DNA of 64,000 nucleotides from a virus. Made by a program: the position numbers and the translations under genes. Location: positions 1 through 64,000 of the IMG/VR virus record IMGVR_UViG_3300012682_000001; one strand, written 5' to 3'. Shown piece after piece: positions 61,492-64,000 of this stretch. The notes under the pieces were generated by a model. The model saw nothing but the letters and a program-made list of their open reading frames with translations. It was not told where the DNA came from and made no database searches. Within the stretch, counting starts at the first letter, position 1. The number at the start of each line of letters is the position of its first letter.

Positions 61492-63337
61492 GGTTGTCTC
61501 CGAAATCCAGGACTCGCTTTCGGACCTGTGGGCTCCGGTGCGCAAGGAGTCGGTCTGTGACTGGGTGGAGCAGAACGTCGAGATTCCCACGGGCGCGATT
61601 ACCGGCAAGGTGCAGATGAAATACACTCCCTACGCTCGGGAGATTCTGGAGCGCTACGGAGATAAGCGCACACGGCACTTGGTATTGGTATTCCCGACAC
61701 AGGCCGGAAAGACCTCAATCCTGATTAACGGGATGCTCTACAAGATCGCGAGAGACGCTGAGGATGCGATGTGGGTCATGGGTAACGCGGATCAGGCCAG
61801 GGACTTCAACAAGGAGCGGTTCATGCCTGCCGTCCGGTTATGCAAGGCCGCCATGGACTTGGTTCCCCGGACAGCCAAGGGGGTTCCCGACAAGCACATG
61901 TGGGGCTTCCAGAACCAGCACTACCTGTCGATGGTGCTGAACTTCGTTGGAGCGGGATCGACCACCAACCTGTCCAGTCGCCCGCGCGGATTCATGCAGC
62001 TCGATGAGTGCGACAAATACTACGATCAGATCAGGTTCGACGCGGGAACCATCCAGCTCGCGGAGGAGCGACAGAAGACCTTTCACTTCCCGCTCTCGGT
62101 CAAGGCCAGCTCGCCAACATTAGTCGATCGGATGATCTGGGTCGAATACCTCAAGACCGACCAGCGGCAATACTGGCTGCCATGTCCACGGTGCGAGCGC
62201 GAGATACTGCTCAAGTTCAAGATCGAGGACACGCCCTTCGGGGACTGCGGTCTCCGCTGGTGGGTGGAGAACGAGGAAGAGGCCAAGACGGACGGCCAGT
62301 GGGACATGAGGAAGGTCAAGGCCAACGCCTTCTACAAGTGCCAGGAGTGCGGCGGGAAGATTCACGACTTCGAGCGGGCGGACATGCTGCCCCAGGGTGT
62401 GTGGAAGGAGCAGAACCCGCGAGCAGAGGCAGGCCGCCACGGTTACCATCTCAACAGCCTTTACTCGATCCTCGGACAGGAGACCTCGCTCGGGAACATC
62501 GCGGTCAAGTTCATGATCGCCAAGGGCCTGCGCTCCGAGCTTCAGAACTTCATCAACGGCTGGCTGGCGGAGCCCTGGGACGAGGCTCAGCAATACGAGG
62601 AGAGGAAGGTCAAGCTGGAAGTTTTCAGCAGTCAAGACATCCCCCAAGATTCATCGACTCCTATTTTCGGAATCGACTGCCAGCAAGATCATTTTTGGGC
62701 GCTCATTAGGAGGTTCGCGAAACCAACCCCCGAGAAGCCGCACGGAGAGAGTTGGCTCCTCTTCGCCGATCGCGTGGACACCGAGCAGGAACTGATCGAC
62801 AAGCAAAAGGAATACGAGGTCGATGGCGAGAACGTGCTTCTGGATATGGCTCACCGGCCAAACCAGGTGGCCGCGATGATCATCAAGAACAAATGGCGCG
62901 GCATCTGGGGCAGTAATACCGCCAAACAATTCCCACATAAGATGCCAAACGGGGTAAAAATCTGGAGACCCTACTCGCAGGTCGAAACCCGCGATCCACT
63001 GCTTGGCACCAAGTGGGAGGCCAGGACGCTGGAGCGAGCCCGCTACATCTACTTCGGCAAGAGCCCTACGCTCGATCTGGTGAGCAGCCTGCGATACGCA
63101 GACCCGCCGATCTGGCACGTCACGGTAAACGCCTCACCGCGCTACGGCAGGCAGCTCAACTCCCGCGTGAAGCGCCAGCAGAAAAACAAGCGCACGGGTC
63201 GCGCCGAGTGGGAGTGGATCGAGAAACACCAAGAGAACCATCTTTCCGACTGTGAGAACTTCGTGGCCATTAGGGCGCTCCAGGAAGGCCTGATCGTGCC
63301 ACCTCCCGAAAGCTCCAATCAGAACGTCGCAAATTAA
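61475..63337 (+). CDS. terL: terminase large subunit, lambda GpA family
   Basis: PTGAITGKVQMKYTPYAREILE, Walker A FPTQAGKTS, Walker B FMQLDECDKY, CPRC...CQECG zinc motif, 620 aa. Confidence 0.9.
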   Translation: MISNRKVVSEIQDSLSDLWAPVRKESVCDWVEQNVEIPTGAITGKVQMKYTPYAREILERYGDKRTRHLVLVFPTQAGKTSILINGMLYKIARDAEDAMWVMGNADQARDFNKERFMPAVRLCKAAMDLVPRTAKGVPDKHMWGFQNQHYLSMVLNFVGAGSTTNLSSRPRGFMQLDECDKYYDQIRFDAGTIQLAEERQKTFHFPLSVKASSPTLVDRMIWVEYLKTDQRQYWLPCPRCEREILLKFKIEDTPFGDCGLRWWVENEEEAKTDGQWDMRKVKANAFYKCQECGGKIHDFERADMLPQGVWKEQNPRAEAGRHGYHLNSLYSILGQETSLGNIAVKFMIAKGLRSELQNFINGWLAEPWDEAQQYEERKVKLEVFSSQDIPQDSSTPIFGIDCQQDHFWALIRRFAKPTPEKPHGESWLLFADRVDTEQELIDKQKEYEVDGENVLLDMAHRPNQVAAMIIKNKWRGIWGSNTAKQFPHKMPNGVKIWRPYSQVETRDPLLGTKWEARTLERARYIYFGKSPTLDLVSSLRYADPPIWHVTVNASPRYGRQLNSRVKRQQKNKRTGRAEWEWIEKHQENHLSDCENFVAIRALQEGLIVPPPESSNQNVAN

Positions 63338-63387
63338 GTTTGACACCCCTGCGGCGCTGCTGGTATCAGCCGTCCAGTTCTTTGAAA

Positions 63388-63530
63388 GAAATCTGAGTTG
63401 AGCGGAGACGGGGAGCAGACCCGTTAAGACGATCAAACAAACAGCAAGACCATGCTGGAACGTAAGGCGGTAGTCTAGGTGCTGGCTACCGCAAGCCGAA
63501 GTAACGCCCGGCACGCTCAACTCAGATTTC
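63388..63530. repeat. element bounded by a perfect 17-bp inverted repeat
   Basis: GAAATCTGAGTTGAGCG (63388-63404) and CGCTCAACTCAGATTTC (63514-63530) flank 109 nt that contain hairpins 63408-63424 and 63467-63492. Confidence 0.6.
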
Positions 63531-63641
63531 ATACAGGGTAAGCCGTGAGAGCCCAGCGATCACTCCTGCGACAGCGCAGCTCGTGAGCATCTTTCGGGAT
63601 CGTCCGCGTCCGGTCCTCGCCATCCACGGCGACGCGGTTTT

Positions 63642-63773
63642 TGACATCATCCGGCGGGAGCTATCCCGCAGGAGTTCAGCTAATCACAAGCGCACCTGGC
63701 TCGACCCACGCGAAAGCGATGTGGCTCCAAAAGCCGAAGGCCAAGGCAGCGGGCAACTCGCCGGATGATGTCA
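63642..63773. repeat. element bounded by a perfect 15-bp inverted repeat
   Basis: TGACATCATCCGGCG (63642-63656) and CGCCGGATGATGTCA (63759-63773) flank 102 nt. Extendable to 19 bp with one G.T. Shares AAGCCGAAG with the first element. Confidence 0.6.
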
Positions 63774-63846
63774 GAAAATAAACTGGACAGCCCTCAAGGC
63801 TCCGTCCATAAGCACAGTCCGATACTAAACCAAACTACACTACACT

Positions 63847-64000
63847 ATGAGCAAATATGAAGTCCTTCTGGCGCTCCCCTGCGGGGCTGCCGGGTTCCTT
63901 TTGGCAGCATGCATCCTGGTCGCGATACGCAAGGATACGTGGGAGCAAGCCCTGCGTGATTCGTGGATGTGTTTCGCGGGTTTCGTTGCGTTCGCGGTGT
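63847..64000 (+). CDS. 5' part of a membrane protein (continues beyond window)
   Basis: ATG at 63847 after an AAACTACACTACACT leader; MSKYEVLLALPCGAAGFLLAACILVAIRKD... stays open to the window end. Confidence 0.35.
   Translation, partial: MSKYEVLLALPCGAAGFLLAACILVAIRKDTWEQALRDSWMCFAGFVAFAV

Noticed and set aside
63583-63768. 61-aa ORF inside the second inverted-repeat element
   Set aside because: It spans the repeat arm, has Arg/Ser/Gly-rich composition and no start context. The region is better explained as a structured non-coding element.
1-64000. Prophage boundaries, integrase, att sites, lysogeny repressor
   Set aside because: No tyrosine or serine recombinase, CI-like repressor or flanking bacterial housekeeping gene is recognisable in the window. 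Lifestyle and integration status cannot be decided; ParB hints at a plasmid-like or lytic lifestyle only.

Overview
The window is one continuous, gene-dense, GC-rich (roughly 60 percent by eye) genome segment from a tailed phage, prophage or plasmid-prophage. I could not recognise any rRNA, tRNA, CRISPR array, integrase or transposase.

Layout:
(1) 1-9.85 kb, + strand: early/replication block with an HTH initiator-like protein, a minimal KxDG ligase-like enzyme, DnaB helicase, a KH protein, an acyl carrier protein, a SWIM protein, a RecU-like resolvase, a ParB-like protein and an HNH protein. It is closed by a bidirectional terminator.
(2) 9.9-21.96 kb, - strand: about 30 small, mostly acidic or Cys-rich unknown proteins, plus a Ycf46-type AAA+ ATPase with DUF1257/DUF2997-like partners. 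Three copies of a conserved stem-loop punctuate the block.
(3) 21.96-23.11 kb: a 1.15-kb ORF-free, hairpin-dense region between the divergent blocks.
(4) 23.1-53.3 kb, + strand: lambda-like morphogenesis block. It holds a gpW-like protein, the portal, four unusual internal proteins (one a 1691-aa glycine-zipper giant), a GIY-YIG homing endonuclease, a prohead protease-scaffold fusion, a decoration-like protein, a gpE-like major capsid protein, tail genes and a tape measure. It ends with a Cys/Ser-rich protein paired with a 1172-aa GT9-FkbM-GT9-Erv1 fusion enzyme, and a 1312-aa fibre.
(5) 53.3-60 kb: a pseudo-receiver, a lysis cassette (membrane proteins, lipoprotein, CHAP endolysin), a papain-like peptidase and small unknowns.
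(6) 60.0-63.3 kb: a PD-(D/E)xK protein (-), TerS and a GpA-type TerL, followed by two ~140-bp inverted-repeat-bounded elements.

The most interesting items are:
- the virion-protein maturation pair at 45.15-49.3 kb;
- the motif-linked internal-protein set at 25.2-33.7 kb;
- the ORF-free structured region;
- a block-permuted AAA+ ATPase;
- the recurrent GATTGACA and GATCGGA-loop elements.

All functional calls rest on motifs read by eye and need HMM or structure confirmation.
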